Source: Candidatus Bathyarchaeota archaeon (GTDB lineage Archaea > Thermoproteota > Bathyarchaeia > 40CM-2-53-6). From it: a DNA stretch of 64,000 nt. The stretch covers positions 224,001 through 288,000 of the forward strand of contig CAWHWX010000016.1 of assembly GCA_963833125.1 (NCBI GenBank). The letters are read 5' to 3'. A model generated the notes under the pieces. It searched no databases. It saw only the letters and a list, made by a program, of their open reading frames with translations, and was not told where the DNA came from. The position numbers and the translations under genes are program-made. Below, in pieces: positions 11,355 through 21,744 of the stretch (positions are counted from its first letter, which is position 1; each line of letters starts with the position of its first letter).

Positions 11355-11864
11355 CTATACCCCAAAGAAAACGTTCAACGCATATACTGCAGTTGCAGTC
11401 GCGAACACAACGCTTAGCCAGAAAATCGCTCGTTGAGCTTTGGAAAATGACTTCGGTTCGTAGGGAAAGTCCGGGCGTGAGGGTTTACCTTGCAAGAGCC
11501 CAAACTCGGCGAGCGTTAGCCTGATCCCGTTTATGGTGTGATAGGCAAGCATGAAGCCAATAACGATGAGTCCCGTGTCGAAGAACGGGTTTTCTAGGAA
11601 ATGGAACGTTGCGGTCCAAATTGCGCTCGCAAAATCTTGGGACGGAACACTCCAAACGCTCAGACCGCCTACAACGTTTCCCGTCTCGACGATATGAGCC
11701 AAGAAGTAGGCTGTTACAGCGATGCCCGATATTCGTTGGAGCGCATAAGCCCACCTTTCAAGATTGTAGTGAACTGGATAGAACCAACCAAAGATAGCTC
11801 TCTTGAGTTCTTCTGGTAGGCCCACCGTCATCAACACGACCCTTAAGCGGCTGTCACGGAGCAT
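11355..11864 (-). CDS. Succinate dehydrogenase cytochrome b subunit (SdhC-like)
   Basis: ERWAYALQRISG, FLAHI and YHTINGIRL motifs; true start may be the ATG at 11831. Confidence 0.78.
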   Translation of the reverse strand: MLRDSRLRVVLMTVGLPEELKRAIFGWFYPVHYNLERWAYALQRISGIAVTAYFLAHIVETGNVVGGLSVWSVPSQDFASAIWTATFHFLENPFFDTGLIVIGFMLAYHTINGIRLTLAEFGLLQGKPSRPDFPYEPKSFSKAQRAIFWLSVVFATATAVYALNVFFGV

Positions 11865-11899
11865 ATCGAGGTTGAAGAAAAATCCTTCTGGCTGTTGTT

Positions 11900-12508
11900 T
11901 TAAACCGGTATTGACCCGAGGCCTCGGTGTCGTTGGTGTTTTCCGCCTTGGCCTTTGAAGCGCTCCTCATCCCAAATATTACCTCGCTCGTGGTAGTTGT
12001 AGGCTTCCCAGTATCCGTCTTCGTATTCAGCTAGGAATTCGATTCCCGTTAGCCACTTTGCGCTTTTCCAGCCGTAAAGCTGCGGGATGAACGGCCGCGC
12101 AGGGAAGCCTTGTTGGACTGGGATCGGTTTACCGTTCATCTTGAATGCGATCAGAGAGTCCTCGACCATAGCATCCTCTAAAGGCACAGGGGCATCGTAA
12201 CCATCTGCGCAGTGAAACATTACCCACTTCGCCTCAGGCTTAACACCCGTCAGTTTCGCTACTTCCCTAAACGCAACTCCTTCCCAAACAACATCCTTGA
12301 TGCTCCACGTTGTAACGCAGTGGAAATCTCTCGTAAGTTTCACTTGAGGCATCTTTTGAAAGTCTTCGAAACTTAGGCTAAGTTGTTTCTCGACGAGTCC
12401 GTTGGTGGTTAAGCGCCAAGATTTGAGATCAACCTCGGGAACTCCGAGGGCTGCATAGATGGCCCACCGTTTCGCAAACGTCTGCCCAGGAGGGACGGTT
12501 GCTTGCAC
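11900..12508 (-). CDS. Sulfite-oxidase-family molybdopterin oxidoreductase (YuiH-like, no Tat signal)
   Basis: PPGQ start, DFHCVTTWS Mo-ligand Cys, [13 protein letters not shown] and GYWE motifs. Confidence 0.9.
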   Translation of the reverse strand: MQATVPPGQTFAKRWAIYAALGVPEVDLKSWRLTTNGLVEKQLSLSFEDFQKMPQVKLTRDFHCVTTWSIKDVVWEGVAFREVAKLTGVKPEAKWVMFHCADGYDAPVPLEDAMVEDSLIAFKMNGKPIPVQQGFPARPFIPQLYGWKSAKWLTGIEFLAEYEDGYWEAYNYHERGNIWDEERFKGQGGKHQRHRGLGSIPV

Positions 12509-12673
12509 ATCTTGCGCCTCTAAGAACCAAAACCAGCGAGTCGGCTAAAAAGGGTACCTCGAACCGAAACCGAGATTCACTGAATATATGATTACTCGGA
12601 ATATGCACTTCTTTCATCAGTAAGTTTGAATGACCTTTAATCCGAATTCGAGCTTGTACTAGACGGATGGAAC

Positions 12674-13223
12674 ATGCGAATCGTAGATCTATCCAACGCT
12701 GCACTCGTTAGATCAATTTGCCAAAGACTCGCACACGGGTACGCATCTCGACGCCCCTGCCTACTTGTTGAAGAATCAGAAGAAAATCAATGACTTCAGA
12801 TTGGAGTCCTTCTTTTCCGACGCGGTTATTCTTGATTTAGGCCACGTGAACCCTGGTGAGGCTGTAGATGACGAGGATTTGGAGGCGGCTGAGGAGGCGG
12901 CTGGATTAGCATTGCGGGAGGGAGAAGTTGCTATTGTCTATACTGGCGGCGTCGTTAAGCCCCACGCATATCTCAGCGAGAACGCCGCTCAATATCTTGA
13001 GTTTAAGCGGGTTGGAATGGTCGGGATAGACGCTCCTAGCATTGACAATCCAATATCCACCGATTTGCCTGCGCACCGAACACTGTTAAGCAGAGGGATT
13101 CTGGTTTTGGAGGGGTTATGTAATCTCGGAGAGGTAGACGTCCCGAGGTTCAGATTTGCAGCATTTCCGTTGAAGGTGAACGCATCGACTTCTCCGGTAC
13201 GTGCGTTAGCTATTCTTGAATGA
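12674..13223 (+). CDS. Cyclase / kynurenine formamidase family; frameshifted near the 5' end
   Basis: MRIVDLS at ATG 12674; HTGTHLDAP from 12732 in frame with ORF 12765; GIDAPSID, AHRTLL and SPVRALA motifs. Confidence 0.8.
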
Positions 13224-13243
13224 GTTCCTTCGCGGTTACGTGA

Positions 13244-14135
13244 TTATTGGTTGTAGTATGATCCGTAGCCCATGTTGGCTGCGATTTGGTGCAGCCTTGC
13301 AATCCTCTTCTCCGTTCTTGGGTGAGTTGAGAAAAGTTGTGCGAACGTGGAGCCCCTGAAAGGGTTGATGATGTAGAGGGATGATAGTGCTGGATTTGCG
13401 TTGGTGTTAGGCCTCCGGTTTCTAGCCTGATACTCGATCTTCTCAAGCGCACTTGCTAATGCTAAAGGCTTCCCTGATAGTTTGGCCCCGCCTTCGTCGG
13501 CGGCGTATTCGCGCGTGCGTGAAACTGCGAGTTGGACTAGCATGGCGGCGAGTGGTGCTAGGATTAGCATGAACAGTAATCCAAGCAAACTGCCCCCTTG
13601 CCGATTCCTGCCAGTCGACCCACTTCCGTATCCGAACGCTCCGCCAAAGAGCCATCCCCATTGGGCGAGGTACGTGATGGCACCTGCGACCGTGGCTGCG
13701 ATAGTCATGGTTAATGTGTCCCAGTGCCTGACGTGGTTCAATTCGTGGGCAAGCACTCCCTCTAACTCCTCGTCGTTAACTATGCTTAAGAGGCCTGTAT
13801 GGACTGCGACCGTTGCGTGGCTCGGGCTTCGACCCGTTGCGAATGCGTTCGGCACCGGGCTGTTGACAAGTGCAACCTTCGGCATGGGTGTTCCAGAGGC
13901 CGCGTTGAGCTTTCGAAGAGCTGCGTAAACGCGCGGAGCCTCTTCCTCGCCAACAACCTTCGCGTCGGCCCATGCGGAGGACCAGGCGATCGCTGAACCA
14001 ATAGATTACCAGATTCATGATTGCGGCGAAGCCCAAAGCCACGATTGGGTCGAGTCCCATGAAGTAAGCGACAGCGAACAGTATGCCCGTTAGGATACCG
14101 ACCAAGAGCGTTGTCTTGATGAAAGTCCAAACCAT
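13244..14135 (-). CDS. htpX: Zinc metalloprotease HtpX (M48); one apparent indel near 13965
   Basis: PNAFATGR, VLAHELNHV, SRTREYAAD and FSTHP motifs; N-terminal TMs lie in ORF 13776-14135. Confidence 0.92.
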
Positions 14136-14289
14136 CTCTAACTCACCATGCGTTTTGTTACCTCAAGTAACAAACTAGTATAAATTCTTACCGCCGTGGG
14201 CATTTGTGCGTTTTCGGGACACCCGACCCTCGCGGGGCTTTGCAAGGCGGGACATGTGTTAATAAGAACGGCTTAGGGCGTGTTTTCAC

Positions 14290-15119
14290 ATGCGACATTC
14301 CCGACTTTTGCTCTTTCTCGGTTCGGTTGTGGTCGCTATCATAACTGTAACATTTTGGGGTTTAACTCAACTGCTACCTCAACCAACGCAGTTTGATTCT
14401 AAACGAAACCCTCGGGCACTTGGCGTATCCGATGTTTCTCTTGTTTACCTAGTAATTGACTTAGCATTAGCGGCTTCTGTTAGTCATCATAGTAATAATG
14501 GTAGGAGTATTTCTTTTAGACCGACGAAAGAAACCCGTTCCCCTGCACTACGATTATGTTATCAGTCTAACTCAAGAGGCCGAAGAAACCAAGATGCACG
14601 AAATTCAGGTCAGATTACCTTCAGGTGAGTTCGTAAAAAGACAAGCATACTTCTTCGTGGTAAGAATTGGAGTACCTATAGGCGCTGAAACTGCGCAAGA
14701 CATTAAGCTGCTATATAGGCATCCTAAATCGAACGAACTATTTGAATTACAAAAAATCCCAACAACGGGTGTACCGCATATCATCGTCCAATGGACCAGT
14801 CCGCAGGGGTTTCTAGTCAATGTACCCGAGCAATTTGCTACCGCCCTCTTAGATGCGAAGGAGGTGAAAGATAGAACACATGAACCTAACCTCTGGTGAA
14901 AGCCATGCCAGTTTAGTACCTCTAGTTCTCTTCTTCACGGTTCGTGATTATGATGCGGTTTGCTTTCCTACAGTTTACAGAAAGGCATACGTCATACCGC
15001 AGAAATTCGAAACAGAATTGTATATTGAGGCAAAGGGAAAGCAAAACCTGTTGACAAGACTAGAAATCGATGCTCAGAGATGGGATCATGTTGCCGTGAG
15101 CGACGACATTGAATCCTAA
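14290..15119 (+). CDS. Hypothetical membrane-anchored protein(s); may be one frameshifted gene
   Basis: Overlapping ORFs 14290-14628, 14498-14899 and 14880-15119; N-terminal hydrophobic helices; visibly more AT-rich than the flanks. Confidence 0.4.
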
Positions 15120-15124
15120 AGGAA

Positions 15125-15695
15125 TTACTGCAGATGTGAGTTAGATGCTGCTTTTGTTTTGAAATATTCTCCCAATACGGCTCTAACTGCTTCGGGTATT
15201 GATTCTAGTTTTCGTGCTTTTCGTTCTTGGTCTAGCTTGTTCAGTGACTTAGTGGGTAGTTTCGGGCTTCTTCTGATCACGCCGTATGCGATTATCGTGA
15301 GGATTGCGAGTAACGATAGGCCGTAGGGATATTCAGGTATCGAGGCGGATATGACTGTGAAGTTCACGCAGTCGGCGGGAGTGATGCCGTCAGTTACGCT
15401 GTAGGAACCAGCTCCCAGCCCGGGAACGGTCAAACTGTAAGGTGTACCAGCGCCACTGATGGAAAAATCGAAAACCACTGTACCCGAACTGCAGTTTGAC
15501 CCGACATATATGACCACATGAGTGCTGCAGCCACTGATCCCACTGATATTGAATGCATGTTCCCGCCGTTGGCGGGTTAGGTGTTATCGCCGGAGTACAA
15601 CCAGCCTTTGAGGGGCTTACGGTCGCTAAGAAGAGGGTCAAGACAAGGGCGACAAATACCGTGACCAGTACGGCCCTCCGGACCAAGCCCTCCAC
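15125..15695 (-). CDS. Small secreted protein with IPEYP C-terminal sorting signal (paralog of 21263-21688); frameshift near 15558
   Basis: Signal peptide in ORF 15390-15695 joins ORF 15125-15517 by a 1-nt shift; IPEYP-TM-RR begins at 15340. Confidence 0.75.
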
Positions 15696-15803
15696 CTAGC
15701 CTTCGTACTTCAAATGAGAAATATATAGACGAATATTGTGCGAAGAAAGGCTCTTGAGATACCTCCCCTAGAACAATACCTTGGGAGGATTAGACCGGTA
15801 GAA

Positions 15804-16629
15804 TTGGGCTGTTGGTCGCGAAGCAAGAAGAGCTTCTATCTTGCTATTCTATTCTTCATGGTATTCTTCGACGGCCCCAATTGTTCAAGCGCGTCCGCAG
15901 TCTCAGTATTGGATCCCAACTTTCGGGGCCAGTTGGCCGAGTCCGTTGATCTATGTCCGGATACCTTCAACGCCAACAGTTGCACATGACCTTGTCGTGA
16001 AAGCGATTACGATTTGGAATCAGGCGCAAGCGTGGTTTAAGGCGAGTTATTTTCCAAATGGAAAAACCTACACGTTTGCTATAGGAAACGGGCCATCGTA
16101 TGTCTGGGTCGAGTTCACCGATTATTGGACAGTCAGCAACTACTGCACTTCATCGCCCTTGGGCGTTGACGGTTGCACTCACATCCGCTGGGATGACTCC
16201 AATAACATTACCCGCGCCGTGGTCTTCCTTGATACAAGCCTCCTAACCTATCAAGGCACCAAATATGATCCTCTGTTCTTGGTTCTACACGAATTCGGAC
16301 ATGCCCTTGGCCTAACGGATTATCCATCCTCCCTATCATGCCCGTTCCAAGATTTGTTGTGTCTGTATTACCCAAACGAGTTTCCGTCCACGCTTGATCT
16401 CTATGGATTGCATCAACTTGCTGGAGGAAACCGGGAGACAGATGTCCTTCTACCTTCAACTGTGCCGTACGCTTACTATATGTCGACAATCGGATCCAAA
16501 GCGACAATTATGCCGATGACTCAAGAGAGTGAACCGCTGCCTGTTCCGAGATTCACACTCGCGGTCATCGTTACAATCGGATGGGTAGTCCTCTTGTGCT
16601 TGAATTTCAGGAGACGGCGAGAAGACTAA
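15804..16629 (+). CDS. Secreted matrixin-like (metzincin) metalloprotease with C-terminal membrane anchor
   Basis: HEFGHALGLTD zinc motif; signal-peptide-like SRSKKSFYLAILFFMVF in an adjacent frame; tail VPRF-TM-RRRR. Confidence 0.8.
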
Positions 16630-16725
16630 GAACTCGCCAAATAAGAGAATACTGTGCTCGTCTACATGCCTTCAACTCGATGAGGCTAAGTCTTTCGCTG
16701 TTAGCGTTGCGGTAGGAGAGAAATA

Positions 16726-17665
16726 ATGGCCAAGTCGGAAAAAGAAGTTGTCAAGTCTTAAAGCTTGCAGCGCAACATCGTGCCCAGAATAATCTAAACG
16801 ATCTGACCAACGTAGAATGGTTGACGTTCACTAAGAGCGTTTGGCAAAGCCGTCCCCCTCCTCGAGATGAACTGAAGGAGCAACATCCAGCAACTTTCGC
16901 AGAGAACGACATCGAGAAACTAGTTCTCTTTTTCACTAAAAAGGGAGGAAGGGTCCTGGACCCATTCTCGGGATCTGGATCGACACTGATTGCCTGCCTT
17001 AACACGGGCCGCGGGGGGCTAGGAGTAGAGCTGGTCGACAATTGGATAACCTTGAGTAAGCAACGACTTGAGCGGGCGAAGGAAACCATCGAGTCCGTCC
17101 CGATTAAGCCAACGGAACTTGTTCGAGATAGCACGGAACCGCTCAGGCAGCCAAATCTTGAAATCATCCAAGGGGACTCGCGCTCTGTTCTGAAGAAGAT
17201 AGGGTCTGCAATCCTTCGACTTCGTCGTTACAAGTCCACCATACTGGGCAATACTCACGAAGGCGAGAGATCACAAATCTAAGCGGGAGAGACTGAGTAA
17301 AGGGCTTCCCACCAAGTACAGCGAAGATAAACGCGATCTGGGCAATGCCCCAAGTTATCGTGAGCTTTCTAAATGAGCTGGCGAAGGTTTTTGGTGAATG
17401 CTATCGAGTGCTTAAGAATGGAAAGTATATGGTGGTCGTCGTTTCGGATTTTAGGCACGGTTCAAGGTTTGTTCCATTCCACAATGACTTGTCTGAGGCT
17501 GTTCGGAGCGTTGGTTTCAGCTTGGAAGGGATCACGATTCTAGTTCAGGACAGCAAGAACCTCTACCCATACGGGATGCCCTACGCCTACGTCTCCAACA
17601 TCCACCATCAGTACATCCTCATCTTCCGGAAGCAAATGAAGAAGTCCGGTTCTAACGGTGAGTGA
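16726..17665 (+). CDS. Orphan amino-DNA methyltransferase (SPPY type); frameshifted
   Basis: HPATF and DPFSGSGST (motif I); FVVTSPPYW (motif IV) in a shifted frame near 17220-17250; C-terminal part in ORF 17345-17665. Confidence 0.8.
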
Positions 17666-18627
17666 TTATTCGTTCCGTTTCCTGGTAAACTGCCAACCCT
17701 TCCTTCGGGTTGGACCGAATGTTCACGAAAGCCGCTCATGATCTTCCGCGTGATCGGTCCAACCTTACCGTCGCCAACTTCGATGCCCCTGACTTTCACT
17801 AATGGCACGATTTCGGATAAAGTGCCGGTGAGAAATGCTTCATCAGCATTCGTTACATCAAAGGGGGTTAGACCCTTCTCAATCACTCTGTAACCTAGAT
17901 CCTTGGCGAGATGTATGATTCGTTTCCTCGTGACGCCTTGAAGAATGCCTGAGGTCGAGGGTGGGGTGAAGATGTCGCCGTCCTTTGCTATGAATAGGTT
18001 TGTTGTTGTTGCTTCAGAAACGAATCCTTGCCTATCTAGCATCAGGGCGTCGTCTGCGCCAGCATCCGTTGCCTCAAGTTTAGCTAATACGCTGTTGAGG
18101 TAGTTGAGGGATTTTATTTCGTGAGTTGTTGCATCGACCGCATCGCGTCGTACGGATGAGATGATGACTGAGATCCCTTTTTGTTTCGTGATGACACCAA
18201 ATGATGGGTCTACGGGTTCGGTGATGATGATGGTTGAGGCTCTCTTGCATTTCCTTGGATCTACGCCCAAGTCGCCTGTTCCCCTCGTAACAACCAACCT
18301 GATGTAGGCGTCCTTCAGGGAGTTGCGCTTTATCGTCTCGACAACAGCAGCCGTCATATCTTGAGGTGTGAGAGGTATGTTGAGTTTTATGGATTTGGCG
18401 GAGCTGTAGAGTCGGTCTAGGTGTTCTTTGAATTGGAAGATGACGCCGTTGTAGACTCGAATTCCTTCGAAGACGCCATCCCCATAGAGCATGCCGTGGT
18501 CGAAGACTGAAATTGAGGCCCTCGACTTCGGGGACCATTCCCCGTCTACGTAGACTACGAGTTCCTTAGTGACCAATCTGGGTCCCGGCGGTTTGGGTTT
18601 GGGGACGATATAAAACGGTTCCCCCAT
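17652..18627 (-). CDS. ilvE: Branched-chain amino acid aminotransferase
   Basis: DHGMLYGDGVFEG, IKSLNYLNS and ILQGVTR motifs; a C-terminal indel extends the called ORF to 17608. Confidence 0.93.
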
Positions 18628-18805
18628 CCTATTTCAGAAACTGACGGGTTTGAGTGACTAACGGGCGCTGGGTTACCGCAAAATGTATACCTTGCGGTAA
18701 ACATTCGTTTGAATGAGGCACTTTTGACTTGAGGCATGTTCGCACAAGCGGCTCAGGAGTCGTCGCTAACGGAATTCAAGCATTCAGCCTTATGTGGCCG
18801 AGCGG

Positions 18806-20495
18806 TCAGTGATGTAGCTGGTCAATAACCTGGCGTAAGACCTCCAGCGGTACGGCTCCGTTGCTCAGTAGCGCATCATGGAAGTCTCGTATATCGAATC
18901 GGAGTCGCTAGCCGATGCTTGGCCTCTTCCCTGAGGCGCAATATCTCTAGCTGTCCTACTTTGTATGCGAGGGCCTGGGCCGGCCACGTGATGTAACGGT
19001 CAACTTCGTTGACTATGTTGTTCTCAGCAAGCGCGGTGTTTTCGAGCATGAATGCGATAGCTTGGCTACGGGTCCACTTCTTTGCGTGCATTCCAGTGTC
19101 CACGACAAGACGACAGGCACGCCACGCATCGAAGGATAAGACACCGATCCTATCGAGGTCTGATGAGTACAGGCCCATCTCATCAGCGAGACGCTCCGGC
19201 TACAGACCCCAGCCTTCGATAAATGCGGTGACGCCACCGAATTTGCGGAAGTCTGGAATTCCCTCTAGCTCTTGGGCGATGGCAATTTGTAGATGGTGGC
19301 CTGGGATTGACTCGTGATAGGCTAGGGCTTCTGCCTCATAGCGCGGCCTAGTTTCAGGTGCGTACGTGTTGATGTAGTACGTCCCGGGTCGCGAAGAGTC
19401 TGCAGCGGGCTGCCGGTAATATGCGATCGTTGAATGCTTCTCCTCATGATCTCCCATTCGCACGACTTCACAATTCGCTTTGGGAAGCCGTCCGAACCAC
19501 TTGGGGATAACTGACTTCGACCGTGCCAGAGCTGTTCGTGCCTTTTCCTCAACTTGGTCTCGTGTGGCGAAGTAGAGCGAGGGGTCTGTCCGAAGACGTG
19601 TTAAGGTTTCCTTCAGACTATCGGTACCAAGCACTTTCTTGCCAAGCATCTGCATTTCAGATTTAATTCGAGATACTTCACGAAGGCCAGTCTCATGCAG
19701 CTCATCGGGAGATAATTCGAGAGAAGTGTGGAGCCTGACAAGGCGTCTGTAGCATTCTGCACCCTCTGGCAGGTGTCCTATTCCTGGAAGTTCTTGGGAT
19801 CGAGCTTGAGGTAAGACTTCGGTCTGCAGAAATTGTAGGTATGACTTGAAGGCTGGCCGAACGAAATCTATCACAGCATCCGTTAAGCCATGTTGAAAGT
19901 CAGCCCTTTCCTTTTCTGACCAATCTTCATGCCGGACGCTTAATGGTCGCAGCAGTGACCATTCTGTGTCGGGTTTTGCAAGCAAATCCTTGATTTCGCC
20001 AATCGCCTTTTCGACACATATGCCAACGGCCACCCTATTCTCTCTAAGGCCTTGCCTCAGATTGTTCGTGTGATCGAGCAGGTACTGTCCCATAGCACGC
20101 CAGCGAGCAACTATAGCCGTACCCTCTGAGGGTGTCCGAACGGGTTGGTAGGATTCGATGTTGAGGAATTCGACCTGTGGACCGTTTAGAGGGTCTACCG
20201 TCCATTCCTCCAGGTGGCATGCTAAGTAGTCGAGTTGGCTTCGAAGGTCGAAAAGCAGCGCGGCCCTCGTTACTCTGTCTGCCAGAGCCAATTTCTCTTC
20301 AGGGATCTTGAATGTACGATCTAAGATGGATTGGTATTCCTTCTCGATCCGTTCTCTCGCACTCCGCGTCACGTCCGGTAGTTTGTCGTCGAAGTGCCTG
20401 TCTCCCAGCGAAGTCGCAAACAGTGGTTCGTTAGCTATGAGTCTCTGCCAGTAATCACTTGCAAGGGCTGCCAGCGATTTCGACGTTTCAGACAT
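18806..20495 (-). CDS. DUF885-family zinc metallopeptidase-like protein; frameshifted
   Basis: [41 protein letters not shown] and FHDALLSNG motifs across three frames. Confidence 0.88.
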
Positions 20496-20563
20496 AGACT
20501 CTGAATGTTGCTCACGTATTCAAAGGAGTTTAGTCGCGCGACGTTCGAGTGAGGTTAACGAAG

Positions 20564-20570
20564 TTTATTA
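20564..20570 (+). promoter_or_regulatory. TATA-box-like element for tRNA-Val(TAC)
   Basis: TTTATTA preceded by purines, about 33 nt upstream of the tRNA 5' end. Confidence 0.5.
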
Positions 20571-20602
20571 TCTAAACGTAAGACTAAGTGCACTGAAAAT
20601 GT

Positions 20603-20745
20603 GGGCCGGTAGTTCAGTTGGTCAGAGGACGCATAGTCTGGCTCGAACGTTGCCCTTACACGGCAAAGGTCGCCGGTTCAAATCCGGTGTGTTGACGGAA
20701 CGGACGAGTCCGTGACACCTGGTGAAATTCCGGTCCGGCCCACCA
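20603..20745 (+). tRNA. tRNA-Val(TAC) with two non-canonical introns (D-arm about 20625-20644; T-loop 59/60 at 20683-20728)
   Basis: Acceptor GGGCCGG/CCGGCCC plus ACCA; D stem GTTC/GAAC; anticodon arm TTGCC-CTTACAC-GGCAA; T arm GCCGG-TTCAAAT-CCGGT once a 46-nt insert with a BHB (TTCA/TGAA) is removed. Confidence 0.9.
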
Positions 20746-21185
20746 ATTCAGACATCGCAGCACACGCCCTCCACCTACAAAGAGAAGGTTACAGGCAGTC
20801 AACAATTGAAAGCCAAGTCAGCTCCATGAAAACCATAACCCGACACTCAAACATCTACAACCCTGAATCCGTCAAAAACTACCTAGCTAGATTACAGGTG
20901 ACAGAGGCCAGAAAAGAGGCACTCGTAATCTGTCTAAACAGATTCTACCGCTGGAAAAATATCCAATGGGTCCCGCCTCGCTACCGTAGGGTAGAAAAAA
21001 TTCCGTTCATTCCTCTTGAATCAGAAGTTGACCAATTAATTGCAGGGTTCCGTAGCCGTACCGTAACATGCTTCCTCCAACTGCTCAAGGAAACCGGCGC
21101 ACGCCCAGGAGAAGCATGGCAACACCTCGCCCTGATTTTTCTTCGCTCTCCACCACTGAAGTCAATCGCAACCATAAGTTGTTGA
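20712..21185 (+). pseudogene. Truncated tyrosine recombinase/integrase remnant overlapping the tRNA 3' end
   Basis: KIPFIPLESEVDQLIAG and LLKETGARPGEAW (first catalytic Arg); ends before the HxxR and Tyr motifs. Confidence 0.8.
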
Positions 21186-21262
21186 TCCTGAATCAGAACG
21201 TTAGTAGGAAGTGAATCGTGAAACCCTAAATAGCGTTAGCCCGACTTCTAATTTGGTTTGAT

Positions 21263-21688
21263 TTGCGTCGGCTACAAGTCGCGGGTTTAGCAGTCTTAGT
21301 TCTGCTTATGATCTCATCCCTAGTTGTCATAGGTCGAGCCGACCCCGATACCGTTAGTCCTAGCTCTCCAATTGCAGGACAACCCTTCACCGTAAACACG
21401 ACCGATGCTGGCACGGTTACCATCTATACAGGGGCGAACCTTTGTGCGGCGACCGCCGTAGTCGCTACTGGTACTGCTCCTAACCCTAGTTTCACGCTCG
21501 CCGCTGGTGGTTACCACGCAGTGGACGGTGATGGTGACTGCATCGGCTTCAACGTCATACCCGCAGTTACAAGCACAACAACGACCACTTCCACACCAAT
21601 TCCTGAATACCCATTAGGACTAGCATTACTCGGAATCGTCATGATACTCGCATACGGCTTAGTTAGACGCAGAACAAGAAACCAGTAA
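21263..21688 (+). CDS. Small secreted protein with Thr linker and IPEYP C-terminal sorting signal
   Basis: Signal peptide, two Cys, then TSTTTTTSTP-IPEYPLGL-TM-RRRTR. Confidence 0.85.
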   Translation: MRRLQVAGLAVLVLLMISSLVVIGRADPDTVSPSSPIAGQPFTVNTTDAGTVTIYTGANLCAATAVVATGTAPNPSFTLAAGGYHAVDGDGDCIGFNVIPAVTSTTTTTSTPIPEYPLGLALLGIVMILAYGLVRRRTRNQ

Positions 21689-21744
21689 AACGGTTGTATC
21701 CCAAAAAGGAATGGATCACGGAAAGCATAGAGTTCAGGCAGGCT

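Noticed and set aside
14222-14250. GC-rich hairpin as an IS200/IS605 end
   Set aside because: Only a vague resemblance; no tnpA/tnpB or second end was found
20690-20716. Nested intron inside the T-loop intron
   Set aside because: The ACGGAC/GTCCGT hairpin is present, but a strict second BHB could not be drawn
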